A DNA stretch of 64,000 bases from Bacilli bacterium (GCA_045226015.1 JBGVBY010000003.1:6243-70242), one strand, 5' to 3'; positions 38,593 through 49,166 are shown, counted from the first letter of the stretch. Numbers and translations are program-made. Notes: generated from the letters alone by a model not told the origin.

Positions 38593-40611
38593 TTATTTTT
38601 TAGCCTTGAGTTTAGCAACTTCTTCAGTGAAATCGTTAACACAAGTGAGTTGTCCATAGAGTTCTTCAGGGATAACGACGTCGAACGTGTCTTGAACGGT
38701 GGTAATCAATTCAACATAACTCATGGAATCTCCACCTAAATCATTAATCCAGTGTCCATCATCATCAATCTTGAATTTTGGTAAGATAAGAATCTTTGAA
38801 AAGATTCCTCTCATTGGTTCTAAGATTTTAGCAGTGGTTTCTGCGTCAAATGTACGACTAGATTTTTTCTCCTTTTTCATATCAAAGGAAATGTAGTCTT
38901 CGGACTTGGTTTCAATCGCTTCTTTAACAACAAATCTCTTAACTTTCATGTTGTTGGCGATTGGGAGTTTCTTTCTACAGAAATAGAAGTCAGTAATCTT
39001 AGTTCCTTTAGGAAGTTTTTGACCGATTTCTTTCATTTCTTTCTTAAGAGTTTCAATCTCTTCTTCAGAGATGGAGTTATTGATTTCAACAGCGCAGACA
39101 ACAGTTTGGTTTTTAGAACCTTTTTGATCGATTCCAAGAACGCAAACGTTATTAACGTTCTTAACTGGTTTGAAGAAAATTTCTAATTCATCTGGGAAGA
39201 TGTTTTCTCCATCAGAATTAATGATTACATCTTTAATACGACCCTTGAGATAGAATCTATTTGTTGCATCAACCTCAGCGATATCGCCAGTAGCGAAATA
39301 TCCTTCTTCATCAAGAACAGTGTTTCTTTCTTCTCCACCGATAATTTCTCTAATGTGAGTGATGCCTGATTTAACAAATAATTCACCTGATTTACTGTCT
39401 TTCTTTCCAGGTTTAATTTTGTAACTTACTCCATGGAAAGGAATACCGATACTTCCTTTAAGTCTTTGTTCGACAACTGGTGATAATTCAACAGAGGTAA
39501 TACCGATTTCGGTCATACCATATCCATTATATAATGGATAACCAATACCGTTGATTGTGGTTTGAGTCTTACTATCTAAGTAACCTCCACCTGAAATACA
39601 GAAGCGAACTTTGTTGCCTAATAAGTTCTTTTGGATAACATTTTGAACAGTCTTATATGGACCCGCTTCTTCTCTAGAGATTTTGCCGGTGTTGTAACCG
39701 ATTAATTTATCGATGTATTGTTTCTTGCTTGGTGATTCTAACGCAAGTTTTCTCTCTAAACCTTGGGCTAAAGAATCCCAGAATAAAGGCACTGAGAAAA
39801 TGTGAGTGACTTTAAACTTTTGAGAGACAGCTTGAACTTCAGATGGTGCAAGCGAACGTACGAACACGAACGTTGCTCCAAAATAGAAGTACCATAAGAA
39901 TGTCGCGATGAATCCAAAGATATGATGGAATGGAATCATTGCTAAGACATTTAACGCTCCCATTTTAGATGGATATAAGAGATCTTTACTTGTCTCTTGG
40001 AAGTCTAAAGCGGCTTCAATTTGGTTACATAAGTTTTCACCATTGAAAACCATTAATTTAACGTTTCCAGTAGTACCACTTGAACAGAAGATAACTTCGT
40101 TTTCCCAATTTGGTGCAAAGTCATATGTGTGTTGTTCTTCTAAGATATCTTTAAGGGAAAATTTAGGAACTTCATATTCATATGAATCGTCTGTAATAAT
40201 AGCAACAGCTTTGCCTTGCTTGATTAAGTTTTCGGTGCCTTCTTTAGAAGTTTTGGCATCGATTAATAGTGGTTTATAGCCACACATCAAAATAGCCCAG
40301 AAGATTTCTCCCCAGTGTGGACCATTAGCAGCTTTTAAAACGATTGGGACATTCTTTGGTTTTTGAATCATGAAATTCGCAAGAATGGATGCGATTTCAA
40401 AAGCGTGTTTTCTAAATAATGAATATTTATATTTTTTGCTCTTACCTTTTGAATCAATGTAGTTAACAGCAATTCTCTTCTCATTTCTTTTTGTGGATAA
40501 GACAAAAATGTCTTCCATCGTGCGGGATGTTTCTTTAAGCAAATTTGCCTCAGCACATTTTGCTTTGACCTTATTATATTCAGGGTACATATATGTAATC
40601 CTACTTTCCAA
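38593..40611 (-). CDS. AMP-binding (adenylate-forming, fatty-acyl-AMP/CoA ligase-like) enzyme fused to C-terminal phosphopantetheine carrier domain
   Basis: 672 aa. Adenylation core motifs SSGTTGNVK (A3) and YGMTE (A5) are present, and GDIAEVD (A7-like) is present too. The C-terminal ~80 aa carry carrier-protein motif LGGDSMSYVEL with the phosphopantetheinyl Ser. Confidence 0.75.
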   Translation of the reverse strand: MESRITYMYPEYNKVKAKCAEANLLKETSRTMEDIFVLSTKRNEKRIAVNYIDSKGKSKKYKYSLFRKHAFEIASILANFMIQKPKNVPIVLKAANGPHWGEIFWAILMCGYKPLLIDAKTSKEGTENLIKQGKAVAIITDDSYEYEVPKFSLKDILEEQHTYDFAPNWENEVIFCSSGTTGNVKLMVFNGENLCNQIEAALDFQETSKDLLYPSKMGALNVLAMIPFHHIFGFIATFLWYFYFGATFVFVRSLAPSEVQAVSQKFKVTHIFSVPLFWDSLAQGLERKLALESPSKKQYIDKLIGYNTGKISREEAGPYKTVQNVIQKNLLGNKVRFCISGGGYLDSKTQTTINGIGYPLYNGYGMTEIGITSVELSPVVEQRLKGSIGIPFHGVSYKIKPGKKDSKSGELFVKSGITHIREIIGGEERNTVLDEEGYFATGDIAEVDATNRFYLKGRIKDVIINSDGENIFPDELEIFFKPVKNVNNVCVLGIDQKGSKNQTVVCAVEINNSISEEEIETLKKEMKEIGQKLPKGTKITDFYFCRKKLPIANNMKVKRFVVKEAIETKSEDYISFDMKKEKKSSRTFDAETTAKILEPMRGIFSKILILPKFKIDDDGHWINDLGGDSMSYVELITTVQDTFDVVIPEELYGQLTCVNDFTEEVAKLKAKK

Positions 40612-40623
40612 TTGATAATTTTA

Positions 40624-41082
40624 CTATAAAGATAAAGAAGTGAGAATCTTTTTTGATTCTACCTCGATTATATCGATTTTTACGTGGTCTTCACTTATGT
40701 CCATTATTATGTAGCTACCTTCGCTTCCATCTCTAGGAAGAGTTAAAGATCCTGGACACATAGTTATAACCCCATTTTCTTCGTATAACTCATATCCATG
40801 AGTGTGACCGTGAATGAAGAATTTTACGTTCTGACTTTCTAATGTGTTCATATGAGGAAAATGTTTCATTAAAACATCACCTTTATCAGTCCTTATTCTT
40901 CTCACTCGATCAAACGAATAAAAGTCACAGTTTCCTTCTACGGAATCAAATGGATAAATCGCCATTGAGGAACTTTGACTATCTCCAGCGTGAAGATAAT
41001 AGTCCATGTTTGGATATTGTTTATATAATTTCCTTAGGGAATTGTCGTCACCATGAGTGTCTGACACAATTAAAAACTTCAT
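40624..41082 (-). CDS. YfcE/MJ0936-family metallophosphoesterase
   Basis: 152 aa. Motifs IVSDTHGD, HAGD and GHTH are present. It lies 12 nt upstream (same strand) of the adenylation-carrier gene. Confidence 0.75.
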   Translation of the reverse strand: MKFLIVSDTHGDDNSLRKLYKQYPNMDYYLHAGDSQSSSMAIYPFDSVEGNCDFYSFDRVRRIRTDKGDVLMKHFPHMNTLESQNVKFFIHGHTHGYELYEENGVITMCPGSLTLPRDGSEGSYIIMDISEDHVKIDIIEVESKKILTSLSL

Positions 41083-41158
41083 TGTTACTAATAATACATT
41101 ATTGTATTTGAGATAGAAAACATTTCAAAGTATAATATTAGACGGTATATCTAAAGAT

Positions 41159-42097
41159 ATGAATAAGAATAACACTAGAATCATCTTTATGGGAACTCCA
41201 GAAATCTCCGCGACTGTGCTTGAGGGATTGATTTTAGATGGCTACAACATTGTTGCGGTTATCGCTCAACCTGATAGACCAGTTGGAAGAAAAAAGATTT
41301 TAATGCCCGTTCCTACTAAAGTAGTTGCGGAAAAATACAATATCCCTGTTTATCAACCAATCAAGATTCGTAAAGAATATGATTTTGTTAATGAAATTAA
41401 ACCAGACCTTATTCTCACTTTAGCGTACGGACAAATCGTTCCTCAAGGTTTGTTAGATATCCCAACATTAGGATGCATTAATCTCCATGGAAGTTTACTT
41501 CCAAAATATAGAGGCGCCGCTCCGATTCAATACGCTCTTCTCAATAACGAAAAAGAGACAGGAATGACTCTTATGAGAATGGTGAAGGAAATGGACGCTG
41601 GAGAAATGTATGATGTTGAGAAAGTTGAAATTTCTCAAGATGATAACTCAACATCTTTGTTTAAGAAGATGGGCGAAGCGGCATTAAGACTCTCTTTAAG
41701 AGCGTTGCCTCTTTTCTTAGAGAACAAACTTCCAGGTGTGCCTCAAGATGAATCTTTAGTAACTTTTGCTCCTTCAATTAAACCAGAAGAAGAAAAAATA
41801 GATTTAAGTAAAACCAAAGAAGAAATCTTTGGACAAATTAGAGCACTAAGTGATCTCCCAGGAGCGTATTTATATCTTGGAGAGGCTAAACTCAAAATAT
41901 ATAAATCGCAAATTGTTTCCAATGAAATAAATGGCGAAGTTGGTCAAATCGTAAAAGCTGATAAAAACGGCTTATATTTACAAACCAAAAATGGAATTAT
42001 TGCCCTTCTTGATTTACAAAAAGAAGGAAAGAATAGAATGGACTATAAGTCCTTTGTTAACGGTAATCAAAATATACTCAATAGTGTCTTAAAATAG
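41159..42097 (+). CDS. fmt: Methionyl-tRNA formyltransferase
   Basis: 312 aa. IIFMGTPEISA N-terminus and the HGSLLPKYRG catalytic motif are present. Confidence 0.9.
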   Translation: MNKNNTRIIFMGTPEISATVLEGLILDGYNIVAVIAQPDRPVGRKKILMPVPTKVVAEKYNIPVYQPIKIRKEYDFVNEIKPDLILTLAYGQIVPQGLLDIPTLGCINLHGSLLPKYRGAAPIQYALLNNEKETGMTLMRMVKEMDAGEMYDVEKVEISQDDNSTSLFKKMGEAALRLSLRALPLFLENKLPGVPQDESLVTFAPSIKPEEEKIDLSKTKEEIFGQIRALSDLPGAYLYLGEAKLKIYKSQIVSNEINGEVGQIVKADKNGLYLQTKNGIIALLDLQKEGKNRMDYKSFVNGNQNILNSVLK

Positions 42098-44440
42098 ATG
42101 AGAGCAAGAATTGAATTATCCGTCCATCAATTGGTGGACTTTCTTTTAAGAAAAGGCGATATTGATAATCGCGTTTTTAATCGTAGCTCACAAACAGAAG
42201 GAAGCAGACTCCATTCCTTATATCAATCTAAACAAGGAGATAATTATATTTCTGAATATCAACTTCAACACACTTTCGTGGTTGATGATGTAGAAATCTT
42301 CTTAGAAGGAAGAGCGGATGGAATTATCAAGAAAAGTAACAAAGATTACATCATTGATGAAATCAAAACCACAATTATTGATCTACAAGAATTTAGAGAA
42401 GAAAACCTCGAATGGCATTTAGGGCAGGCGAAATGTTATGCCTATATGTTTGCCTCGATTCTTAATCTTGATTACATTGGAGTGCGACTCACATACATTA
42501 AACAAGGCAAAGAAAGTGAAAAGTTTATTGATGACTATCTATTCACCTTCGAAGAACTTGAAAGAGATATCTATGACTACTTAAATAGGTATCTTGAATT
42601 TTACAAAGTAATGTTTCGACTTAACGAAAGAAGAAACGAAACAATTAAAGAACTTAACTTCCCATTTAAGAAATATCGTAAGGGTCAAAAAGAACTTATT
42701 AAGTACGTCTATGGAACAATAAAAAATAAAGAGAAACTTTTTATTGAAGCTCCAACTGGTATCGGTAAGACTATGTCTTGTTTATACCCGTCCATAAAAT
42801 ATATTGTTGAAGATCCTGATAGTAAGATTTTTTACTTAACTGCGAAAGCAACTGGAAAAGAAAACGCTCATAAGGCTATTCAAATTCTTAAAGAAAACGG
42901 ATTATCACTTAGTGATATCATCATTACATCAAAGGAAAAGATTTGCTTTTGTAAAGATAAGTCATGTAATCCAGACGAATGTCCATTTGCGAAAGGCTAC
43001 TATACAAAACTCAAGAACATCATTAAGGAATCAATCATTCGCTATGATGATTTCGACTACGAGACGATTGTTCATATCGCTAATAAGTATTCAGTGTGTC
43101 CGTTTGAGTTAGAATTAGACTTAAGTCTATTCTGCGATGTTATCGTTTGTGATTATAACTATGTCTTCGATCCAACCGCATACATGAAAAGATACTTTGA
43201 TGAAAATTCATCGCATTATCAAATTCTTGTGGACGAGGCTCATAATCTCGCGGACAGATCAAAAGAAATGTATTCCGCTGACCTTTCTTTGTCAGAGTTA
43301 CTAAAAGTAAAGAAAGCACAATCACACATTCCGAATAGAAAAATTAAAACAGCGTTATCAAGAATTAAAAACGTTTTTGACGTTTATGACGCTAATACTG
43401 AATATGGCGACAACAAAATTGAAGATCTTAATGATGAACTATATGTCGCTTTAAATAAGTTTGTTACAGCCTATCAAGATGTCAGTAAGAACTCACATGA
43501 CGACATCACTAAAGAGCTGACAAACTTCTATATAGACGTTTCTAGATTTTTGAAAATATCCGAATTCTTATCGGATAGATATTTAATCTATATCAAGAAG
43601 ATTGAAGGGGATATAACCATTCGTTTATATTGCCTTGATGCCTCTAGATTCCTTCAATCGACAATGAGTAAAGTTAACTCTACAGTTTTGTTTTCTGCTA
43701 CGCTATCCCCAATATCGTACTATGTTGATATATTGGGTGGTAATAAAGACAGTACCCCAAATACCTTACTTGAGTCACCTTTTCCAAAAGAAAATCTCAA
43801 GCTACTAATTGCGCCTAAACTTTCTACAAGATACAAAAATAGAGAAAAGACCTATAAAGACATAAGTGAACATATTCTTTCGTTTATTTCTGCTAAGAAA
43901 GGCAATTACTTTATCTATTTACCAAGTTACGAGTATTTATCTAACTTGTTAGATGTTATTACATTCCCTGAAGATGTCGACGTTTATATCCAAGATAGAG
44001 ATATGAGTGAACAGGATAAAGAAGAGTTTATTTCCCATTTTAAAAACAAGAACGACAAAAGCGTTGTTGGTTTAGCGATTATTGGAGGAGCTTTTGGAGA
44101 AGGAATTGATCTTGTTGGCGATTCCTTGATTGGAGTAGTTGTTGTCGGCATTGGGTTACCCAAAATAAATTTTGAAAGCAACAATATTGTTGAATATTAC
44201 AATAAGAATGAAGAAAACGGATTCGCCTATGCCTATACATATCCAGGTATGAATAAAGTCATGCAGGCAGTTGGTAGACTAATCAGAAGTGAATCGGATC
44301 GTGGAGCAGCTTTATTAATTGATGAACGATATATGTGGAATGAATATCGTATTCTTTTCAAAAAAGAATGGGACAATTATGAAGTTGTTTATAATAAAGA
44401 CGATATCACGAATAGTTTACAAAAGTTTTTCAAAGACTAA
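42098..44440 (+). CDS. Fusion of N-terminal PD-(D/E)xK nuclease domain with XPD/DinG-family FeS DNA helicase
   Basis: 780 aa. The N-terminal ~170 aa carry RecB/Cas4-like nuclease motifs (GRADGI...IDEIKTT). The helicase has Walker A APTGIGKT, a DEAH box (VDEAHNL), and a 4-Cys cluster (CFCKDKSCNPDECPF) in the position of the XPD FeS domain. It ends with the C-terminal helicase_C_2 region. Confidence 0.75.
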   Translation: MRARIELSVHQLVDFLLRKGDIDNRVFNRSSQTEGSRLHSLYQSKQGDNYISEYQLQHTFVVDDVEIFLEGRADGIIKKSNKDYIIDEIKTTIIDLQEFREENLEWHLGQAKCYAYMFASILNLDYIGVRLTYIKQGKESEKFIDDYLFTFEELERDIYDYLNRYLEFYKVMFRLNERRNETIKELNFPFKKYRKGQKELIKYVYGTIKNKEKLFIEAPTGIGKTMSCLYPSIKYIVEDPDSKIFYLTAKATGKENAHKAIQILKENGLSLSDIIITSKEKICFCKDKSCNPDECPFAKGYYTKLKNIIKESIIRYDDFDYETIVHIANKYSVCPFELELDLSLFCDVIVCDYNYVFDPTAYMKRYFDENSSHYQILVDEAHNLADRSKEMYSADLSLSELLKVKKAQSHIPNRKIKTALSRIKNVFDVYDANTEYGDNKIEDLNDELYVALNKFVTAYQDVSKNSHDDITKELTNFYIDVSRFLKISEFLSDRYLIYIKKIEGDITIRLYCLDASRFLQSTMSKVNSTVLFSATLSPISYYVDILGGNKDSTPNTLLESPFPKENLKLLIAPKLSTRYKNREKTYKDISEHILSFISAKKGNYFIYLPSYEYLSNLLDVITFPEDVDVYIQDRDMSEQDKEEFISHFKNKNDKSVVGLAIIGGAFGEGIDLVGDSLIGVVVVGIGLPKINFESNNIVEYYNKNEENGFAYAYTYPGMNKVMQAVGRLIRSESDRGAALLIDERYMWNEYRILFKKEWDNYEVVYNKDDITNSLQKFFKD

Positions 44441-44466
44441 CATTAATGTTATAATTCACTAAGTTT

Positions 44467-46281
44467 ATGGATTTCGATCAAAAATATACACGTAATTTCT
44501 CAATCATCGCCCATATCGATCACGGCAAGAGCACTCTTGCGGATCGTATTTTAGAAATGACTGGCGCCATCTCTTCTAGAGAAATGAAGGACCAAATTCT
44601 TGATTCAATGGACCTTGAAAGAGAAAGAGGAATTACCATTAAGTTAAACGCAGTAACATTATCCTACAAAAGTGATGATGGACATGAATATGTATTTAAC
44701 TTAATTGACACTCCGGGCCATGTCGACTTTACGTACGAAGTGTCGCGTTCCCTTGCAGCGTGCGAAGGAGCGATATTAGTAGTGGACGCAACTCAAGGCG
44801 TTGAAGCTCAAACACTCGCGAATGTATATTTGGCGATTGATAATAACCTTGAAATTTTACCTGTAATCAATAAAATTGATTTACCTAGCGCTATGCCAGA
44901 CTGGGCTAAAGAAGAAATTGAACAGCGTATTGGTATCCCTTGTGATGATGCGGTAGAAGTATCTGCTAAGACAGGCGTACATATACATGAATTACTTGAG
45001 GCCATCGTTAAGAATATCCCTGCTCCTAACGGAGATGAATCTGCTCCATTAAAAGCGCTTATTTTTGATAGTTATTACGACTCATATAGAGGTGTAGTTA
45101 TTCTAATTAGAATAAAAGAAGGAAAGATTTCTGTTGGAGATCACATCAAACTAATGCAATCAGGAAAGGATTATGTCGTAACAGAACTCGGAATTCGTAC
45201 TCCTGAAGAAATTAAGATGAGTGAACTTAGATGCGGACAAGTTGGTTATGTATGTGCACAAATCAAGGACATCAAAGATGTAAGGCCTGGTGATACAGTC
45301 ACTTCTTTTGATAATCCTGCTAAACACGCTCTTCCTGGATATAGAGATATTAACCCAATGGTGTACTGTGGACTTTATCCAGTCGATAGTGATGATTACC
45401 AAGACTTAAAAGAAGCATTAGAAAAGCTTTCACTTAACGATTCATCGTTACAATTCGTTCCAGAAACATCTCAAGCCTTAGGCTTTGGTTTTAGATGTGG
45501 TTTCTTAGGACTTCTCCATATGGATGTTATCCAAGAGAGACTTGAAAGAGAATATAACATCGACCTTATTTTGACCGCACCTTCGGTTATTTATCATGTG
45601 TATTTAACAAGTGGAGAGATGGAATGCATTGATAACCCATCAAAACTTCCTGACTCTTCAAAGATAAAATCTATTGAAGAACCATATGTTAAGGCCAACA
45701 TCATGACTCCAAAAGAATATGTCGGTCCAATTATGGAACTCTGTCAAGAGAAAAGAGGCATCTATCTAGACCTTCAATATTTTGATGACACAAGAATGAT
45801 TCTTGTATATGAATTGCCATTAAGTGAAATTGTTTACAATTTCTTTGATAGACTTAAGAGCTGCACAAAAGGATACGCATCATTTGACTATGAGCCATCT
45901 TCATATAAACCAAACGATTTGATTAAGATGGATGTTTTATTAAACGGACAAGTAGTTGACGCTCTCAGTAGCATTGTCTATAGACAACATGCATATAATA
46001 GAGGCTTAGGAATTATTAGAAGAATCAAAACCGTTATTCCTAGACAACAATTTGAGATTCCAATTCAAGCTGCTATTGGTGGAAAGATTATTGCCAGAGT
46101 GGACGTAAAAGCCGTCAGAAAAGACGTTTTAGCTAAATGCTATGGTGGAGACATCTCTCGTAAAAAGAAGCTCTTAGAGAAGCAAAAAGAGGGAAAGAAA
46201 CGAATGAAGAAAGTTGGATCTGTCGAAGTTCCACAAGAAGCATTTATGTCAATCCTCGCTATTGATGACGAAGAAGAATAG
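44467..46281 (+). CDS. lepA: Elongation factor 4 (LepA)
   Basis: 604 aa. [18 protein letters not shown] and DTPGHVDF G-motifs are present, with the LepA-specific C-terminal domain. Confidence 0.95.
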   Translation: MDFDQKYTRNFSIIAHIDHGKSTLADRILEMTGAISSREMKDQILDSMDLERERGITIKLNAVTLSYKSDDGHEYVFNLIDTPGHVDFTYEVSRSLAACEGAILVVDATQGVEAQTLANVYLAIDNNLEILPVINKIDLPSAMPDWAKEEIEQRIGIPCDDAVEVSAKTGVHIHELLEAIVKNIPAPNGDESAPLKALIFDSYYDSYRGVVILIRIKEGKISVGDHIKLMQSGKDYVVTELGIRTPEEIKMSELRCGQVGYVCAQIKDIKDVRPGDTVTSFDNPAKHALPGYRDINPMVYCGLYPVDSDDYQDLKEALEKLSLNDSSLQFVPETSQALGFGFRCGFLGLLHMDVIQERLEREYNIDLILTAPSVIYHVYLTSGEMECIDNPSKLPDSSKIKSIEEPYVKANIMTPKEYVGPIMELCQEKRGIYLDLQYFDDTRMILVYELPLSEIVYNFFDRLKSCTKGYASFDYEPSSYKPNDLIKMDVLLNGQVVDALSSIVYRQHAYNRGLGIIRRIKTVIPRQQFEIPIQAAIGGKIIARVDVKAVRKDVLAKCYGGDISRKKKLLEKQKEGKKRMKKVGSVEVPQEAFMSILAIDDEEE

Positions 46282-46360
46282 TAATAAATTAGTACATTTT
46301 TTAGTAAATACTTGTAAAACAAGAATTAGACAAATATAATTTAAGCAAGAGGTTGAAAAT

Positions 46361-47794
46361 ATGGTTAACAATGATCTTGCGATGCGTTTTACAGAAAATT
46401 ATTACGCAACTAAAAACGAAGTTAGTAAAGAATTAAAGATATCTGTTATCGATGGAGTATGGGATAAGATTCTATCTTATCGTTCATCTTTTTATCGTTA
46501 TCTTCCACTTAAGGGAATTGATAAAAACTCCCTTAGAATTTGCTTATGTCCAACGATTTCTAATAAAGAAATGAATGTTGAATCAAGACTAATGAGACTT
46601 GTAAATGAGTTTAATAAGCTTGATAAAGTAAATGGAGACGCTGACTATTTTGTTTTACAAAATAAAATCAAATGTTTACAAAATGTTGCTGCAAAAAAGA
46701 ATTTAATCTTTAACGATGACAGCATTCGTGAAATTATTCATGGATCCAAATCAAATATCGATCTTGCTAACTACTATGAAGGTCTAAAGTTTGTTGAAAG
46801 CCATTTCTCAAACACTCTTGATGTTGATTATTTAGCAGAACTTTATAGTAGAGTTACAGGCAATGATGAATTAACCTATTTTTATAGAGATTTTGAACTC
46901 AATGAACCATCTTATTCTGTGGTTTCTAGAGTTTATAAATCGGCACCTGTAACATTAATTAGTTCAATGATGGATGCTTTGTTTAATTTTGTTAACTCAA
47001 GCGATCTCACTCCACTTAACAAAGCATTGGTAGCTTTCTATTATATAGAATTCGTTAAACCATTTAAGGATTTTAATGATGAAATAGCTGTTCTTTATGC
47101 GAAAAGCGTGCTTGCTCACGAGCGTTACAATGCGTTTGCAGCAACATTACCATTAGAAAGTTTGTTAAATGATAATTCAAACGAAGTTAGCAAAAAGTTC
47201 TATGAAGTTCAAATAACTTCAGACGCTACATACTATTTGTCATTTGCCTTAGATAGTGTGAGTCATCTTGTTGACAAACTTCTTGATAGCTTGGTTGAAT
47301 ATAACACTAAAATCATTAAAAATGATTTCTACAAATTAGATGAACCTGTTAAAAAAGAAGAACCAGAGACAATTGAATTATTCCCTGCCGAAGAAGAGAA
47401 ACCTGCTCCGGTAAAAGAAGAACCAAAACCAAAACCAGAGCCAGCACCAGCACCTATTAAAAAGAAAGAACCAGTTGTTGAAAAAGTGGTCATTAAGAAT
47501 GAGCCAGCTGGTTTAGCGGTCTCATTTATTCCACCAGAACTTGATGAAAAAACAGCGGCTCGACTCGAAAAACATCTATTAGAGTTAGATGTTAGGTTAA
47601 AGAAAGGCCAAGCGTACTTCTACGCAAGACACTGCACACTCGGCATGTATTACACGATAGAACAATATAAGAAAGCCGTTAAATGTGTTTATGAAACTGC
47701 AAGAACTTCTATGGAAAAACTTGTAGAATATGGTTATTATAAAAAACTAGAAGCGGGTAAAAAGTTCGTTTATACCCCAGTTGATAGAAAGTGA
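46361..47794 (+). CDS. Fic-fold protein with degenerate (probably inactive) Fic motif, Pro/Glu/Lys-rich linker and C-terminal winged-helix-like domain
   Basis: 477 aa. Segment FYYIEFVKPFKDFNDEIAVLYAKSVL aligns with the Fic core F.LEFEKIHPFxDGNGRxxR, but the catalytic His is Lys and the motif Arg is Glu. A low-complexity EEPKPKPEPAPAP linker is followed by a C-terminal ~100 aa basic/aromatic module. Confidence 0.45.
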   Translation: MVNNDLAMRFTENYYATKNEVSKELKISVIDGVWDKILSYRSSFYRYLPLKGIDKNSLRICLCPTISNKEMNVESRLMRLVNEFNKLDKVNGDADYFVLQNKIKCLQNVAAKKNLIFNDDSIREIIHGSKSNIDLANYYEGLKFVESHFSNTLDVDYLAELYSRVTGNDELTYFYRDFELNEPSYSVVSRVYKSAPVTLISSMMDALFNFVNSSDLTPLNKALVAFYYIEFVKPFKDFNDEIAVLYAKSVLAHERYNAFAATLPLESLLNDNSNEVSKKFYEVQITSDATYYLSFALDSVSHLVDKLLDSLVEYNTKIIKNDFYKLDEPVKKEEPETIELFPAEEEKPAPVKEEPKPKPEPAPAPIKKKEPVVEKVVIKNEPAGLAVSFIPPELDEKTAARLEKHLLELDVRLKKGQAYFYARHCTLGMYYTIEQYKKAVKCVYETARTSMEKLVEYGYYKKLEAGKKFVYTPVDRK

Positions 47795-47804
47795 GTAATT
47801 AATT

Positions 47805-48035
47805 ATGGTATTAGCAATTTCTCAAGAATTAACAATCTTCCTCGTCGTATTGGCGGTGGTTGTTGTTGTCGCTGGAGTAGCGTTCTTACTTTATTTGTAT
47901 CTTAAACCAAAACTAAAAAAAGATGACAAACCAACTGAAGAACAAATCCTTCATGAAGAAATGGATCGTGTTCTTCAACCAATAGATGACGAAGAAACCG
48001 CTAAAGCGGTTGAACAATATAAGGATGAAGATTAA
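47805..48035 (+). CDS. Small single-pass membrane protein with acidic C-terminal tail (hypothetical)
   Basis: 76 aa. A hydrophobic helix (IFLVVLAVVVVVAGVAFLLYLYL) is followed by a KK stop-transfer and a D/E-rich tail. The gene overlaps the hemW start by 11 nt. Low confidence that it is expressed. Confidence 0.4.
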   Translation: MVLAISQELTIFLVVLAVVVVVAGVAFLLYLYLKPKLKKDDKPTEEQILHEEMDRVLQPIDDEETAKAVEQYKDED

Positions 48036-49125
48036 TCCTAAATCTTTATACATTCATATTCCTTTTTGTGAGGCTATTTGCGATTACTGCGACTTTGCGA
48101 AGTTGCAGTATTTTCGTAATATCGCCACAAAGTATTTGGATTCTTTAAGAAGAGAATTAAAACAAGTGGTGGACAATAAAGAATTAGACACTATTTATAT
48201 TGGAGGAGGAACGCCTACTTCTTTAGAAGATGATTTGTTTTTAGAACTCCTAAAAATGGTGGAGCCTTATTCTAAAAAAGTAAAAGAGTATACTGTGGAA
48301 TGTAACCCAGAATCATTAACTATTAACAAAGTTAAAATGATGAATGAATACGGCGTAAATCGCATTTCTATTGGAGTTGAATCCACTGATGACAACATCT
48401 TAAAGAGTATCAATCGTCATCACACTTTTAGTGATGTTAAAGTTGCTAATAAACTTTTAAGAGATAATGGGTTTGATAATATCAACTATGATTTGATACT
48501 TGGTTTACCTAATGTCACAGATAAAATGTTAGTGAATGATATTAAAAATATCATAGAGTTAAATCCTAACCACGTTTCTTGTTATTCATTAACCGTACAC
48601 GAGCACACTGTGTTTTTTCTAAACAATATTCTCCCACCTAGTGATGAATATAGTTATGAAGCTTATAAAACCATCGACAAAATACTTAATGAATCAGGCT
48701 ATAAGCATTACGAAGTATCTAACTGGGCTAAGCCAGGAAAAGAAAGTCTTCACAATTTAACATATTGGAGAAACGAACATTACTATGCAGTAGGACTTGC
48801 CGCTAGTGGATACATCGGTGATATTAGGTATAAAAACACAACTAGCTTAGAAGATTACCTAGAAGGTAACTACAATAGAGAAGAAGAAAAAGTGTCACCA
48901 AACGATTTAGAAGAATATCAGATCATGCTTAATTTGCGTACGAGCGAGGGTATAGACCTAGATGCGTTTAAAAATAAATTTAATAAGGATTTATACAAGT
49001 ACAAAAAAGAAGCGATAGATAGTTATATTGCTTCTAATCACCTAAAAAAAGAAGGCAACAGACTCGTTCCGACGTTTGATGGAATGATGATTCTGGATAA
49101 AATAATCGTCGATTTATTCGCTTAA
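48025..49125 (+). CDS. hemW: Radical SAM heme chaperone HemW (oxygen-independent coproporphyrinogen oxidase-like)
   Basis: The track ORF starts at 47986. The in-frame ATG at 48025 with RBS aagga gives MKINPKSLYIHIPFCEAICDYCDF (CxxxCxxC radical SAM motif at the expected N-terminal position). Confidence 0.85.
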   Translation: MKINPKSLYIHIPFCEAICDYCDFAKLQYFRNIATKYLDSLRRELKQVVDNKELDTIYIGGGTPTSLEDDLFLELLKMVEPYSKKVKEYTVECNPESLTINKVKMMNEYGVNRISIGVESTDDNILKSINRHHTFSDVKVANKLLRDNGFDNINYDLILGLPNVTDKMLVNDIKNIIELNPNHVSCYSLTVHEHTVFFLNNILPPSDEYSYEAYKTIDKILNESGYKHYEVSNWAKPGKESLHNLTYWRNEHYYAVGLAASGYIGDIRYKNTTSLEDYLEGNYNREEEKVSPNDLEEYQIMLNLRTSEGIDLDAFKNKFNKDLYKYKKEAIDSYIASNHLKKEGNRLVPTFDGMMILDKIIVDLFA

Positions 49126-49166
49126 ATCGGCGGTTTTTTCATATTTTTACTTTGTAACATAAATAA

